Positions 36,811 to 49,590 of a DNA stretch of 64,000 nt are shown here, one piece after another (the stretch's first letter is position 1; each line of letters starts with the position of its first letter). The notes under the pieces were generated by a model. It saw only the letters and a program-made list of their open reading frames with translations, was not told where the DNA came from and searched no databases. Source of the DNA: Squalus acanthias (Eukaryota). Location of the stretch: the NCBI GenBank assembly GCA_030390025.1, contig CM059431.1, forward strand, positions 103,542,001-103,606,000. Reading direction: 5' to 3'. A program made the translations under genes and the position numbers.

Positions 36811-37641
36811 GGGGGTGAAATTCCCTTCGTCTGCGCCTCCGATGGGAGGTGCTAACAGGGCGCGAATGGCTTTGCGCCCCCCCCCCCCCCGCCGAAGCGA
36901 TAACCGCACCTCCCACGAAATTTGGCGGGTGGTTAGCGGCAGCGCTACCGGTTTTCGCCTCGATCCGCTGCGCCCGGAGATCATGACGTCATCTCCGGGC
37001 GCATCGCCCCCCCGTTAGCGCTCCCGATGCAAAATTCCCCTTTGTCGCCCGCCTGTGCGCCTCTGTCTTTTAGCGACAGGCTCGGCAGGAGTTTTCCAGT
37101 CGGGAGGCCCGTGGAGGAACGCTGTTTAAAGGCGTCCACTCCCGGTTGTTGTTTGTGTCGGCCGAGACATCGAACTTTTTTGCTGCTCAAAAGCAAAGAG
37201 CCCTTTTGATTATTGGAAGCGTTTTTGAGATTTCAGAGTTTGCTGCTGAATGAGGATTCTTCATTTGCATTAGGCTGTGATTTGAGATTTATACATTTCA
37301 ATCGTTTGATGGTCTGCGGTATGTGTCTATTCTCCTCGAAGAAAGCAAAGCTGCAAATGAGCATCTGGTGATTGATCGAACCTCCCCTTTAAGAGCTGGA
37401 AAGAAGCAGCGCGAGCGTTCAAATCTGTTTGGAACTCACCTGAAATCCGGCAGCTCTCTGGTGTTAGCGCCCCTGTAGCGCCCCACTGAGAACATTAGCG
37501 CTTGATTTAGGGCCCCTCTCCCTTCCTGGGGGCGATGTCAGGGAATTTAGATGAGTCTCAGAATCATTAGCGCCGGGCACTAACTTTTCAAACTTTTTGC
37601 AGTTAACGCCCCAAATGGCCCTCGAGGGGAATTTCGCCCCC
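36811..37641. mobile_element. PIF/Harbinger-type MITE, family D
   Basis: TIR gggggtgaaattccc/gggaatttcgccccc; TSD tta/tta; repeated tagcgc(cc) subterminal motifs. Confidence 0.88.
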
Positions 37642-38278
37642 TTAATGCCTTAAGGAACATGAAAAGGCATTAAACTGTGCTGGGTCTCTTTTATTACAGT
37701 GCCAGCTTCGATGTGCAATTCCCCTCGCCTCAGTTTCCTTACGATATCCGTATCTTGTACTTTAGAATTCCTTCCTCAGACTTTTCTCAGGCTCAGTTCA
37801 AAACAAATTTGTATTGTCTGATTATCTTTGACCTCTGATGTCACAGAGTGTATTGCCTGAGATGTACTCAATGAATTGACTCTGTTGGAATAATTGCAAG
37901 AGATTTTAACCACGGAACAAACACAGACTGCAATCTGTGTTTCTCAGACTATAATTGGTAGACTTTTGCCTGTCAGGCTATGGAAGTGACCTTGAGCTTG
38001 AAATACTCCCATCTAACTCTGAGTCACTGGTCAATAGTTTGTTACCATATCCCCGAGTTGTAATCAACTTTTGAAGGCATTATTCAAAGACAAGTGGTAC
38101 CTGTTTCTTTTGACCCAGATGTTGGCTCAACTTTCTTTGTGGAGAGCAGAGTTACTCTAAAGAATGGTGTTGGAAATTGTAGAGTCAGTAAAAGGAACCT
38201 TCACGTGGAAGCCATTTAATTTCAGTTTTGTTTATGCTCATTAATGCATCCTATGTGTAGTTAGAAATATATTATAAT

Positions 38279-38929
38279 GGGCCGGATTTTTCCGATCGGA
38301 GGCTTCCTGCGGGCGGATGCCTCCGATCGGAACAAATCTCGGCACCTACCCGCTGGCTCCGTAGATCCCGAGACTTCCGATCCTGGGCCTCTGCAATTCA
38401 AAATGGGCGGAGGCCCAGGTATCCCAGGGGGCGCAGGCGGTTCGCGAGCGTCCCTGGGATCACATTGTCCACGGGAAACCAATCAAAGAAGGGAATCCCC
38501 CTTCACACTTTTGACAGGTTTCTCCACACAGATCTGTCAAAAGTATGAATGGGGATCACTTAAAAAAGTTAAACATTAAACAATTTTTTTTTAAATCACA
38601 TATTTAAAACTAGTTAAAATTACATTAAATTAAATATTTTAAACAAAAATTTAATTTTTTGAAAAAAATTATTAAAGTGTTTTTAAGGGGCTAAAAATAA
38701 ACTTACCTTTTTTAAAAGTATTTAAAAATTATAAACGAGTAAAAAAAAAAATATTTTTATTTTTTTAAACTCTTATGCTGGTAAAAGTAAGCCTTACGCA
38801 GGCTTTTACCGGGCGTAAGATTTTTAAAGGTTTTCAGCGGGCGGAGGTTGTGCAGAAAGCGGAACTCTCCCCCCGCGGAGACCCTTCTCCCGGGCAGGCG
38901 GAAGATCTCTCCAGAGGAAAATCCGGCCC
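38279..38929. mobile_element. MITE family C
   Basis: TIR gggccggatttt/aaaatccggccc; AT-rich core; internal palindromes. Confidence 0.85.
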
Positions 38930-38994
38930 GTTAAGTGTTAGTTTATGAAGCTCTGGAACATTTGTAACACCGAAGATCAGAAGATCAAAAGATC

Positions 38995-39485
38995 GAAGAT
39001 TCACAAGGCTGATACCTGGGATGGCAGGAATGACATATGAGGAGAGATTGGGTCAATTGGGCTTATACTCGCTGGAGTATAGAAGAATGAGAGGGGATCT
39101 CATCGAAACATATAAAATTCTGACAGGTCTGGACAAACTAGATGCAGGAAGAATGTTCCCGATGGTCGGAGAGTCCAGAAACAGGGGTCATAGTCTAAGG
39201 ATAAAGGGTGAGCCATTTAGGACAGAAATGAGGAAGAATTTCTTAACCCAGAGAGTGGTGAACCTGTGGAATTCTCTACCACAGAAGGTAGTTGAGGCCA
39301 AGTCATTAAATATATTCAAGAATGAGTTAGATATATTTCTTAAAGCTAAAGGTATCAAGAGATATGGGGAGAAGGCAGGTACAGGGTACTGAGTTTGGAT
39401 GATCAGCCATGATCTCATCGAATGGCGGAGCAGGCTCGAGGGGCCGAATGGCCTACTCCTGCTCCTATCTTCTATGTTTCTATGT
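38995..39485 (+). mobile_element. CR1 LINE 3' fragment
   Basis: ORF 39021-39392 YEERLGQLGLYSLEYRRMRGDLIETYK..WNSLP plus tail. Confidence 0.95.
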
Positions 39486-39871
39486 TACATTTTTGGGAGG
39501 CTTTGTGCTGGTGGTAAAGCCTCACACGCAGCTAGCTAAAAAAAAAACCGCTTCCGTCCATTGAAATCAAAGGATGAGAAAGAGCACACAGCGCGCCAGT
39601 GATTCTGGAATATGCGCTGGCTGTGTATGAGGTCCTGGCGACACTGCGAAGCCTTGTCAACTTACCCTCAAATTTCACCTGCATTTAAATTAACCCTGGC
39701 ATGCATTATCCAGGTATCTGGGCCTTGGTTGACTAGTAGGTAACCGATGTTGCACTTTTTCCAACGTGTACTTGTGCCCATTACAACGGTAAGACGTGGG
39801 GAAATCGGCCCTCGCCCCGTCCATCCATTTCCAAAGTTCAGACCCATCGAACAGACAACACAAAACCCGAT

Positions 39872-40705
39872 GGGCTCGATTTTGTCAATGGGGACGTGAT
39901 GGAGGCGGGACTCCCACTTTTTGGGTTGTAGTCCCGCCTCCATCGATCTGTGGCCAACTTTCCCTTGATTGACCTTGTTAAGCCCGCCCAGCGGGCTCAG
40001 CAGGCCAATTATGGGACACCTGGATACTGGTGACGTCAGCGATTGACATTTCATCTGTCAAGAGCTTTTGACAGATGAAATGTCAGCGTTTGACAGCTCT
40101 GTGAAGCTGTCAAACACTGACAATCTGTCTTCTAACTTGAGTCCTTCTACTCAGACTCAGTTAGAGAGCTCTCCAGACCAGAAAGCAGAGGCTGCAGCTT
40201 TTGACAGCTCAGTGGCCATTCTGCTTTCTGTGCCGGTGAGCTGAGGGACTCCCGAGAACTGAAAGGAGGAAGCCTGGAGGAGAAAGTAAAGGTAAGTAAA
40301 ACTTATTAAAACACTTTACACACACCAAACACACTTACCTCTGCACTCATGCACCCATCACCCACCTGTACACCGGACATCTCGACCCCTCCAAGCCCTG
40401 CAGACCGACGGTCCGCCTCGCTAACTTGGCGTGGTTTGGAGCCGTCGGGCAGCCCACACTTCAGGGCTAAAAATAGGGATTAGCCAAAAAACTACCTGTT
40501 AACTACCTGTTAACAGGCAATTAATTGGCACTAATCCCCTTCCCGCCTCGGGGAGGCAGCTCCCAGCACAGGTCGGGTACCCGCCTCCTGGGACATTGGC
40601 ATGGAGGCGGGTTGTGGGCGGGATGGGTACGTGCCCCCCGAATCTGCAATTTTCCCACCACTCCCGCCTCCAAACCCGCCTCCACAGGGCTTGGAAATTC
40701 GAGCC
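39872..40705. mobile_element. PIF/Harbinger-type MITE, family E
   Basis: TIR gggctcgattt/aaattcgagcc; flanks gat/aat; empty site aaacccaatgaatc preserved at ~12007. Confidence 0.85.
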
Positions 40706-40896
40706 AATGAATCTGTGATTAAAACTTCTTTTACTTAAAAATCAGCAAGTGATTACAAGTAAGCATCCAACAGTTATGTAGCGTATAATAATTCCCGATT
40801 ATACCTCAGCGTACACAGAGCTATCCCTTTACTTTAAGCTCAAGCAAAACACCACATACATACTAACACCAGTGAGTGGTCGATCCGGCAGTGATT

Positions 40897-41892
40897 TGTA
40901 GGGGGTGGTGGTGGTAGGGGTCAGCCTTACCCCTGACTCAGTGAGCAGTTCGAATCGCTCCCACGCCCCAGGTTCAAAACTTGGACTTATTTAGGTGCTG
41001 TGAAGAAAGATGCAGTAGACAACAGGTTCCGATGAAACCTTTTTATTTTTTTAAAAAGTTAAAATTCTAACAAACTTAAAACACACTTCACACTTAAACA
41101 GGTTTGGGGAACACATGGTTACAGGCAAGGGAGAATGACAATATACAAAGAAAAACCCTTACCCCTCCCAAAAATCCCACTATCTAGCTAGGTTTTGGTT
41201 TCAGGAGATCAGGGATAATGCTCACCAAACAGGGGTTTTAACAGTGCGAAATCCAGCCAGGTAAGTTGATGGTGGTTCTGGTCATCGAGTGTCTTCCTTT
41301 AACATACTGCTTCTGGGGAGAGCTGTTCCAGCGTTGTCAGCGAGTCCAAAAGAGAAAGAGTCTTGGGTCATGTTGCAATTATAGTCCTTTTCGCCCCCCA
41401 AAACTCCTCACTAAAACTGGTTTCGTGATGAAGTGAATTGGTTTCAGGTGAGGCCTGCTCATTGTCTTGTTAAATTTTGATGGGTCTTCAACTATGCTAA
41501 ACCAAATCAAATCCTGGTCAATTGAAAAACCTCGTTACCAGTAACGGCTTTTACTGAGTCAAATGGCTTGCGTCCTGTTGATCTGTTGTTTTATTGGAGT
41601 TTGCATTGTCCTCGTGTTTTGGGTTTCTTGCTGGGCCTAGCATTCCTATCTTTATGCGTCTCCTTTAATGGGTTCTGTGTTTTGGGTGGGGCGGCCTTCT
41701 CCCAGGGCCTATTGTCCAAATGTTAATGTTTGCTGGGGTTTGAATTCCCAGACAATGCAATCCTCAAGACTGCTATTTACAGAGGTAGATCCCACATGCT
41801 GTGCATGTCCAGACATGTTCCTTTAAAGTTCCAAAGTCCTTATTTATTTTCCCTTAGATTTTTGGGGATCTGCAAATTTTGGAAACTTTACA
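40897..41892 (-). mobile_element. Solo LTR, ~1 kb
   Basis: TGTA..TACA termini; 4-bp TSD gatt/gact; empty site cagtgactagg at ~12202; AATAAA on minus strand ~41042. Confidence 0.75.
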
Positions 41893-43225
41893 GACTAGAC
41901 GTAGGATTTCTGGCAACTGACCAGATCGCCCGGCTGCAGCAGCGAGCGGTCAATTTACAGCATCTTTTAGACCTTAAAACCTGGCCACCCTCCCACTGCG
42001 TACGTGTCCCTAACTATACGGCATCAGTTGTTTTTCTCTTCCTCTTATCAATAGTCCGTTAAGCATCCCTGGGCTTCAAGGCCGGTTACATTCCATAGTC
42101 TGAAGATTTTTCTGTTTTTGCACTGATTCCACAGCTCAATGGCCTGTTCCCACAGAACTTTCAAAGTCTGTTTTCCGTATCTGTTGAAAGACAATTGGCA
42201 GCTTTCACAGCTTACTGCCGTAGCATCTTATTTTGCAAAGTTGTCACAGCAAATAGTCTTTTGTCCTCGCGAAGCATGATGGTACATAAAATATGGTCAA
42301 CTTTTAAGTTTTAGTCAAGTTACAGCAGAAGTTATAGCTTATTCTTACACAACCAATGCTGAAAAGTTACCAAATAAAATTAACAGCCAGAGAAATTTTC
42401 TTTCCAAGTAATTACTTCTATGTTCGCATCTATAAATATTTTTATTATCTAAGGTTATAGTGTCAACTTGATTCATTTCTAAGTAAGGTGAATTGTAAAA
42501 TAATCAGGCAGTGTAGGTGAAATCATTGTGTTGGTAAGTTAGGATGACCATATTTTCTAAACTGACTCCGGGGCATACAGGGTGGGAGCACAGCAAAGCA
42601 GCCAGGACGCGTTTCAAGATAAATAACATGATGACCTTGTTGCTTCTGCTAGTGAAATACGTGGAGAGACAACACCATTTTCACTTTACACCAAATCTCG
42701 ACAGTGCTGTACCATTTATACTCGTCCCCGGATACCCGAACTTTTAATTTCTCAATTTTAAATCTGTTCCAAACAGACTGAGATTTTCCCTATAAGGTGT
42801 GAGACACCCTCTGTCTCAGAAGGTTTCAGAAACCTCTTCCCGGTGGGAGAATTTACAGCTTGTCTTATTCATTTAAAAAAAACACGATGCACCATACTAA
42901 TCTGAGGTAAAGTAAATCCACCCGCCCGCCAGCTCTCACCGCGCCCTCGGCTTCTCCCACGCATTTTAAAGGTTCCGCCCTCCGGCCAGTCACTATTGGC
43001 CGAAACACGGGGTCAGGTGACCCAATCCCCCAGAGTGCAGTGCGGCCCGAGCTAGCGATGGGGCCTTTTCTCTGCCACGCTGCATTGTGGGAAGGCAGGG
43101 CCGCCATCGTCTCCTCCGTTCAATCGGCTCCTGGAATCCGTTCCCGAGCCCAAACCAAGCGGGAACGGGCCCGAGAATCTCCCCCCGGGGTTTCTGTAGA
43201 TTTGCGTTTAAAAAAAAAAGACTTG

Positions 43226-44945
43226 GGGCTGGATTTTACCAACCTCGGCGGGTCCGTGGCGGGCGATGTCGGTGGTGGGTCCCGGCCTCGCTGCCAGCTA
43301 CAGCCCGCTGTCCAAAATGGTTTTCCCACAATTGGGCTTGTTAAGCCCGCCCAAGGCGTTTGCCGACCAATTGAAGGAAGGGGGTCTGATGACATCATTT
43401 GATGACGTGTCATCAGCTGGTTTCCTTAAAGGGACCATGCGCAAATTAATTTTGACATTTGTGCTGTCCATGTTCTACAGCATTGAGGTGCTGCAAACAC
43501 TGACAATCACTGCACAGAATGTACGGCTGCACCCAGGCTCTCCCATGACTCCCTCCATATGCTTATGGAGGGAGTCACAGCATGCAGGGAGGTTCTCTTC
43601 CCTTCCAATGGGCGGAAGAGACCTCCCCAGGAGACCAACGCAGCCTGGTTGCACACTGCACAGGAGAACACAAGCAGGGATGTCATCAGGAGGACCAGGC
43701 TGCAGTGGCGCAAACATTTCAATAATCTCAGTAGATCACGAAACGTTACTGCAAAGCCACACTCAACCTCATCCTGCTGTGCCACTCATCACATCCATAT
43801 CCCTCTGTCTTCCCTACCCTACTCCTGCACATCCTTACTCACACCAACTTACCTTGCACCTCCTCCCATCCCTCTCTCTCTATCGACATTATCACTTCCC
43901 CATCTCACTGGCCACCCCTCACACTCACCCTCATCCTAGTCCAATCATACCAACTAACAACACACAAGGGTAGGCACTTGTGTGTTTTAGACAATGTTCA
44001 TGTGACGTTTCTGTTAATGTGCTGTCAAACATTGAAACCTTTATTTTCAACACTTTGCATTTGGAAGTGGCTTAGTGAGTTGCAGTGAATGGTGAGACAT
44101 AACGGTACCCCCAGCAGTGGTGATGAGTGTAAAAGGAATGGCTTGGGCATTGTAGGGATGCTTTATGGTGTTGGTGTGGGGTGGTACCAACCTGGCGCAT
44201 CATGTGGCAGCCAGGGTGTACAGCGTCAAGTGAAGTAAATGTGGCCATGGTGAGGCCATCCGTAGCCTCCCGGGCAGCAACGTGGTCGGGTGCTGATGCC
44301 CTCTGTCCTGTGCAGCATCAATTGATTGCGGAGAAGGTTGGTTTTGTTGTTGGTGCTGCTGGTGTGCCTGGTGCTGCTGGTGTTGGGACTGATCGTGGTG
44401 GGATTCTGAGGACCAAGGTGAGATAGTTTCAAGGGCACCGATGCTGATGGAATAGATGGCAGGTGAAGTTGAGATGACAGAAGCGATCTGTCAATGGTGA
44501 GAGAGGTTGTTCCAATGAGGTGACACTGGATAGAGAGTTTACTCCAAATATTTGCAACCTGCATAAAGCTCAATCTGTCTTCCAAATGCAGCAAACAACA
44601 GCTTCTGAGCTTGGAAAGTGAACAGATGTGAGATGGGAGTTTTTATAGCACATTTGCTGCTGTCAAGTAATGAGATGATTCCATGGCCATACAACTCCAG
44701 ACCTGCTTACCTGACGTGATCCTCGAGTAGCGTAGACCTCGTGGGCGACCTCGTAAAATGTAAAGGTGAGCTCAAAATACCTCTTAATGACTATAATTGT
44801 CTCCCCCACCGCTGTGTGTCGGATCTGTTCAGCGCTGACAGACCCGCCATCTGGTAAAGGTGCGTGGCGGCGGGTTGACAGCGGGGTCCCGACCTGATGT
44901 AAAAAAAAATTTCCCACCCGACTCACCACCGAAAAATTCCCCCCT
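43226..44945. mobile_element. Degenerate non-autonomous Harbinger transposon
   Basis: Left TIR gggctggatttt (same as family A); degenerate right end gaaaaattccccc; Myb-like remnant on +; possible transposase C-terminal remnant on - at ~44230-44300. Confidence 0.7.
43526..43741 (+). pseudogene. Harbinger Myb/SANT-like DNA-binding domain remnant
   Basis: AAPRLSHDSLHMLMEGVTACREVLFP..AWLHTAQE..RTRLQWRKHFNNL fits the trihelix Myb/SANT pattern of Harbinger accessory proteins. Confidence 0.75.
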
Positions 44946-45023
44946 CTATACGGGGATGAGTTTTCTGAACCGGGGATGGAATATATGTGGGTAGAACAAA
45001 TGAAGGATGAGTTGCTAGTCAAG

Positions 45024-46745
45024 GTGTTTGTTTACTAGGACAGAGAGAACTGAGCATGCTCATACTAAACCATGTGCCATGTTACAAACCATGTGACCAA
45101 CCATGTGACAATACATTACACTGCTTTCCCCTTAAAGAAATGCGCATATTCCCCTCTCAAATACAACAAAACTATGGTCCCACATTTCCCAGCATTACAT
45201 GTCCCACATAACAAATACTCCTGGCTTTTTTTCTTTTAAATTAACTACAAATCCAGTTTAATAACAGGTTTGTGGAGCCTTCCTGATCTCCTCACAGAAG
45301 GTTTCGGTGTTGAACCAATTTTCGGGCTATTGTTCTGGTTCCGAACTCAAAGATGATCCTGTTTCTATCTGAGATTTGTTTGAACCTGGTATTTCAGTTT
45401 CTGAAGTCTGAACGGAGTCAAACTCATGTATGAGTTCATGATCAAGTGGTTCAAGATCATGTCTTGGTTCATCTCTAGCAGAGATCATTTAATCTACATG
45501 AACACTTTGGATTTTGTCACCAATTTCAACCAAATATCTCTTGGTTCCACCAAACTCTACTATGGTTCCTACATCCCACTTGTGTGAACTCGACTTGCCA
45601 GGGGGACTGAGAACACAAACACATTTTGTCTGAAACTGCGTTCTTTCTGATTGCTGTCATAATAACGTTTCTGACTCAACTGTTCAACTCTTGAGGCCAA
45701 ATTTGGTTGAACAAGACTCAATCGTGTTCTCAATCTCCGTTTCACCAAGAGTTCTGCTGGGGTATATCCAGTTGTAGAGTGTGGAGTAGTTCTGTACTTC
45801 AGCAAGAAATTTGCCAAACGTTGCTTTATGCTGAGTCCCGAACAATCCTGCAACACTTGCTTTTTGAGAGCTTCTTTCACTATTCTGACTGACCTGCCGG
45901 CTGCTCCGTTTGAAGCTGGATGATATGGTGGAACGAGAGTGTATTTGATACCGTTCCATTTCATGAACTCTTGGAATAGAGCAGAATGGAACTGAGGGCC
46001 ATTGTCAGAAACAAGCTCTTCGGGTAAGCCATGACATGCAAAGATAGACCTCAACTCATCCATGGTACGTTCAGTTGTAGTATTTGAACCCATGTGTTTC
46101 ACTTCAATCCACTTTGATTGACTATCTACAAGTAGCAGAAAAAATAATCATTTGCTTTCTCACAGAAGTCTACATGTACTCTCTGAAAAGGTCTACTTGG
46201 CCATGACCAGGGTTGTAGTGGAGTTTTGGGTGGTTTGTTTCTGCAATTTTGGCAAACGCTGCATTTGCTGACAAGTGATTCAAGATCACTGTCCAATCCA
46301 GGCCAGTAAACAAAACTTCTTGCAATTGATTTCCTACTGACGATCCCTGGATGTTCAGTATGAAGTTCGGCCAGAATTCTATCTCTCAAATAATTAGGTA
46401 CCACCACTCTGTTTCCCCACTTGATACAACCTTGCTCACAAGACAATTCAGTACGACGGTTATGGAATGGTTTCAACTCTGTGTCCATACACTGATCAGT
46501 CCATCCATTCAAGGTGTTTTCATACACTCTTTTCAGTACCGAGTCCTTTTGAGTCTCATTTGCAATCTCAGTTGCATTCATGGGAAAGTCTTTGTCAACT
46601 GCACCTAGCATGAAAATCTCACCTTCACTCCCAACACATGAGTATTCATGTGGCAACCTGGACAAGGCATCTGCGATTGCATTTTGCTTTGAAGTGCTAT
46701 ATTCAATCATTGTAGTCAAATGACTACCCAACGTTGCATTTGGGA
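45024..46745 (-). mobile_element. Gypsy/Ty3 LTR retrotransposon 3' fragment, decayed
   Basis: ADALSRLP; HHCC (LHTEHPG..CSVC); integrase core SDNGPQF..PYHPASNG; frameshifts; PPT-like aaggggaaagcag (45121-45133, -) followed by TGTAAT start of a truncated 3' LTR. Confidence 0.92.
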
Positions 46746-46776
46746 TCCCATTCTCTGAAATCGTGCTGTGAATGCT

Positions 46777-47190
46777 GTCAGCTGTGGCTCAGTGGGTAGC
46801 ACACTCGCCTCTGAGTCAAGAAGGTTGTGGGTTCAAGTCCTCACTTCAGGGACTTGAAAATATAAATCTCAGCTGACACGTCAGTGGAGTGCTGCACTGT
46901 CGGAGGTGCCGTCTTTCGGCTGCTCTCTCAGGTGGACGCAGAAGATCCCACGGCACTATTTCGAAGAAGTGCAGGGGAGCTATTCCTGGGCCAATATTTA
47001 TCCCTCAACCAACATCACTAAAAACAGATTATCTGGTCATTATCACATTGCTGTTTGTGGGACCTTGTTGTGCGCAAATTGGCTGCCACGTTTCCTACAT
47101 TACAACAGTGACCACACTTCAAAAGTACTTCATTTGCTGTAAAGCGCTTTGAGATGTCCGGCTATATAAATGCAAGTCTTTCATTCTTTG
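46777..47190 (+). mobile_element. Deu-SINE, near full length
   Basis: tggctcagtgggtagc A box, ggttcaagtcc B box, body and tail. Confidence 0.92.
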
Positions 47191-48009
47191 ATGATATTTT
47201 TACCAAGGCATTTATCTGTTTTAACACAAGTGTCGGACTAAAAGCCTTGTCGAAATAGCAGGCAAAGGAGCTCCAACCCAAATTATTTGAGACGTGTCTT
47301 GCACTCATTTGCATTTGGAACATCGGTCACTAGCTGGAATACTGTAATCTGCATCAATTCTGGTAGAAACAGCACGATTTATGGTTTTTAACCATAGATT
47401 CCTGCAGTGGATTCAATAAGATTGAAACTTTGTCCTGTTCACTTAATTCGTTTTGCAAGTAATGACAGTGTTTATTCATTAGTTCTGAAGAACACATTTA
47501 CATCAACAGAAAATTAAGCGAAAACGTCTCCCCCTTTTTACAGATACTGCTGTGTCAGAAAAAGCCTACATTCCTGTGTCTTCAGATCTAATGAGAACTA
47601 TTCACTATGAAGTAAGGTACGATTAAACAGGGACTAAAGGGAGTCTGTAATAGAGTCAAACTAAATCTCACAAGCTAAAACTGCCCCTCAAGGGATATTA
47701 TTAAAAGTACAAAAAAACTGCAAAGGGCAAGACAAAAAAAATGTATCTGTAAAGGTTGGTGTCACTTGTGAAATAAAACATTCTATAGGCAACCAAAAAT
47801 AAAATGTAAACCTCCAGGAATACTATGTAGCCAGATAGTCTGGTTTCTTTAAGGTAATTATTGCAATTGAAATTATCGTTGGACCAGTGATTGCAGAATT
47901 GAAGCAGATTTTAAAAACTTTTTTTTTCAGGATTGTTCCTGGTTAACTTCAAAATAACTGATTTGTCATTTTCAACTTTCAATGCAATATGCAACAGAAT
48001 GGATCAGAA

Positions 48010-48360
48010 CATTGACTTTTTACTCCTCTGGAGAGCCGGGTTCAAATCTACTCAAGCTGATAGGAGCAATTTTCGTCTCTCTCAGCGGGCTTTAAGGGTG
48101 TTACATGATGTGAGCGTAGGCAGTTTTTCCACAGTCAACATCGGATGGAAGATCCCCAGTATAAAACTGACGACCATTTCAGCAGTAATTGGCACTGATT
48201 TAACAACTGACCGAGAGTCCATTAAGATGCGGGGGAAAAAAGGGCATTCATCTGGGTGTAAGTACGGGGTGCTCCGAGTTTGGGGTGAGAGGATATTGAC
48301 AGGAGAGAGTATCGCTCCGCGTATGCATGGTGTATTTGACCTGGAGGTGTTTGAGCAATC
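48010..48360 (+). mobile_element. Old tRNA-derived SINE, LF-SINE-like
   Basis: cctctggagagccgggttcaaatc B box, then tacatgatgtgag and gcagtaattggcac motifs in LF-SINE-like order; recognised from memory only. Confidence 0.45.
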
Positions 48361-48452
48361 GAATTAACACCTATTAGTGCACACCGAACAGAGCAAGTTG
48401 GCAAACATTCACATATCAATGCTATTTGAAATGGCCTTTTGCACACTAAAGC

Positions 48453-48775
48453 ACGGTGCCGTCTTTCGGATGAGACGTTAAACCGAGGCCCCGTCTGCTC
48501 TCTGAGACGGACGTTTAAGATCCCACGGCACTATTTCGAAGAAGAGCAGGGGAGTTATCCCCGGTGTCCTGGGCCAATATTTATCCCTCAACCAACATCA
48601 CTAAAACAGATTATCTGGTCATTATCACATCGCTGTTTGTGGGAGCTTGCTGTGCGCAAATTGGCTGCCGCTATTACAACAATGACTACACTTCAAAAAA
48701 CACTTAATTGGCTGTAAAGCGGTTTGGGATGTCCTGAGGTCATGAAAGGCGCCACAGAAATGTAAGTCTTTATTT
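48453..48775 (+). mobile_element. Deu-SINE lacking head
   Basis: ggtgccgtctttcggatgagacgttaaaccgaggcccc..tail. Confidence 0.9.
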
Positions 48776-49590
48776 CGATGTATATCCACTGTAGTTTAAT
48801 GAATCAGCCGGCAGAGCTTCATTTTAACACAGATTGTACGGTGACCCGAGAAATAACCCACAAATCAATCAATCACAGAAAAAGACTTCATTTTTCTGTC
48901 ACACCCCTGTTGTCACACCAGAGCTATTTCTAGATTCTGTGGAACTATTAACAATAAAACTGTTTATCTCAAAGTGCATCACCATCTGCTTGAGCTAAAA
49001 TGTTGTCAGCCAAAAAAAATGCCTCATCCTATTCAGTCACTGGAGAACAATGGCCTTGGTCACAAGCCTGGATAGTGCATCGTTTTATGAGTTTTTTTTA
49101 AGCTGTTGGCCATCCTTTTTGCGAGTTTTCTCAGTTGGCGCGCAGGCGTGAGTTATGTTAAAGCAGCAGATGCTGACTTGACCAATTATATATCAGAGTG
49201 CAAAAGCAAAATACGGCGGATGCTGGAAATCTGAAATATAAGCAGAAGATGCTGGAGACGTTCAGCAGGCCATCTGTGGAGAGAGAGAGAGAGAAACAGA
49301 GTTAACGGGCGTGATCTTACCAGCCCTGGGGAGGCGGGTATGGAGGCGGGACCGCCGGGAAAATGGCAGAATTTGGGGGCGGGTGCCATACCCGCCCCCA
49401 ACCCGTCTCCGTGCCATCTTCCCAGGAGGCGGGTAGCCGTCCCGCGCCGGGTCCCGTCTCCTTGGAGGCGGGAAGGGGATTAAAGCCAATTAACTGCCTG
49501 TTAACAGGTAGTTAACAGGCAGAAAATAGGATTATCCCCTTTTTGCCCTCACGAGTGCGGGCATCCCGAAGGCTCCGAAACCCGTCAGGT

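Larger units (their letters stand above)
39785..42340. repeat. Unclassified dispersed repeat, copy 2 (interrupted by MITE and solo LTR)
   Basis: Segments 39785-39871, 40706-40896 and 41893-42340 align in order to 11925-13280. Confidence 0.8.

Noticed and set aside
45569..46731. Integrase ORFs as an active or domesticated gene
   Set aside because: Frameshifts, the catalytic-region E appears substituted (NGAAGR), and gag, protease and RT are absent.
46780..46850. tRNA genes at SINE heads
   Set aside because: A/B boxes run directly into the SINE body; tRNA-derived heads, not tRNA genes.
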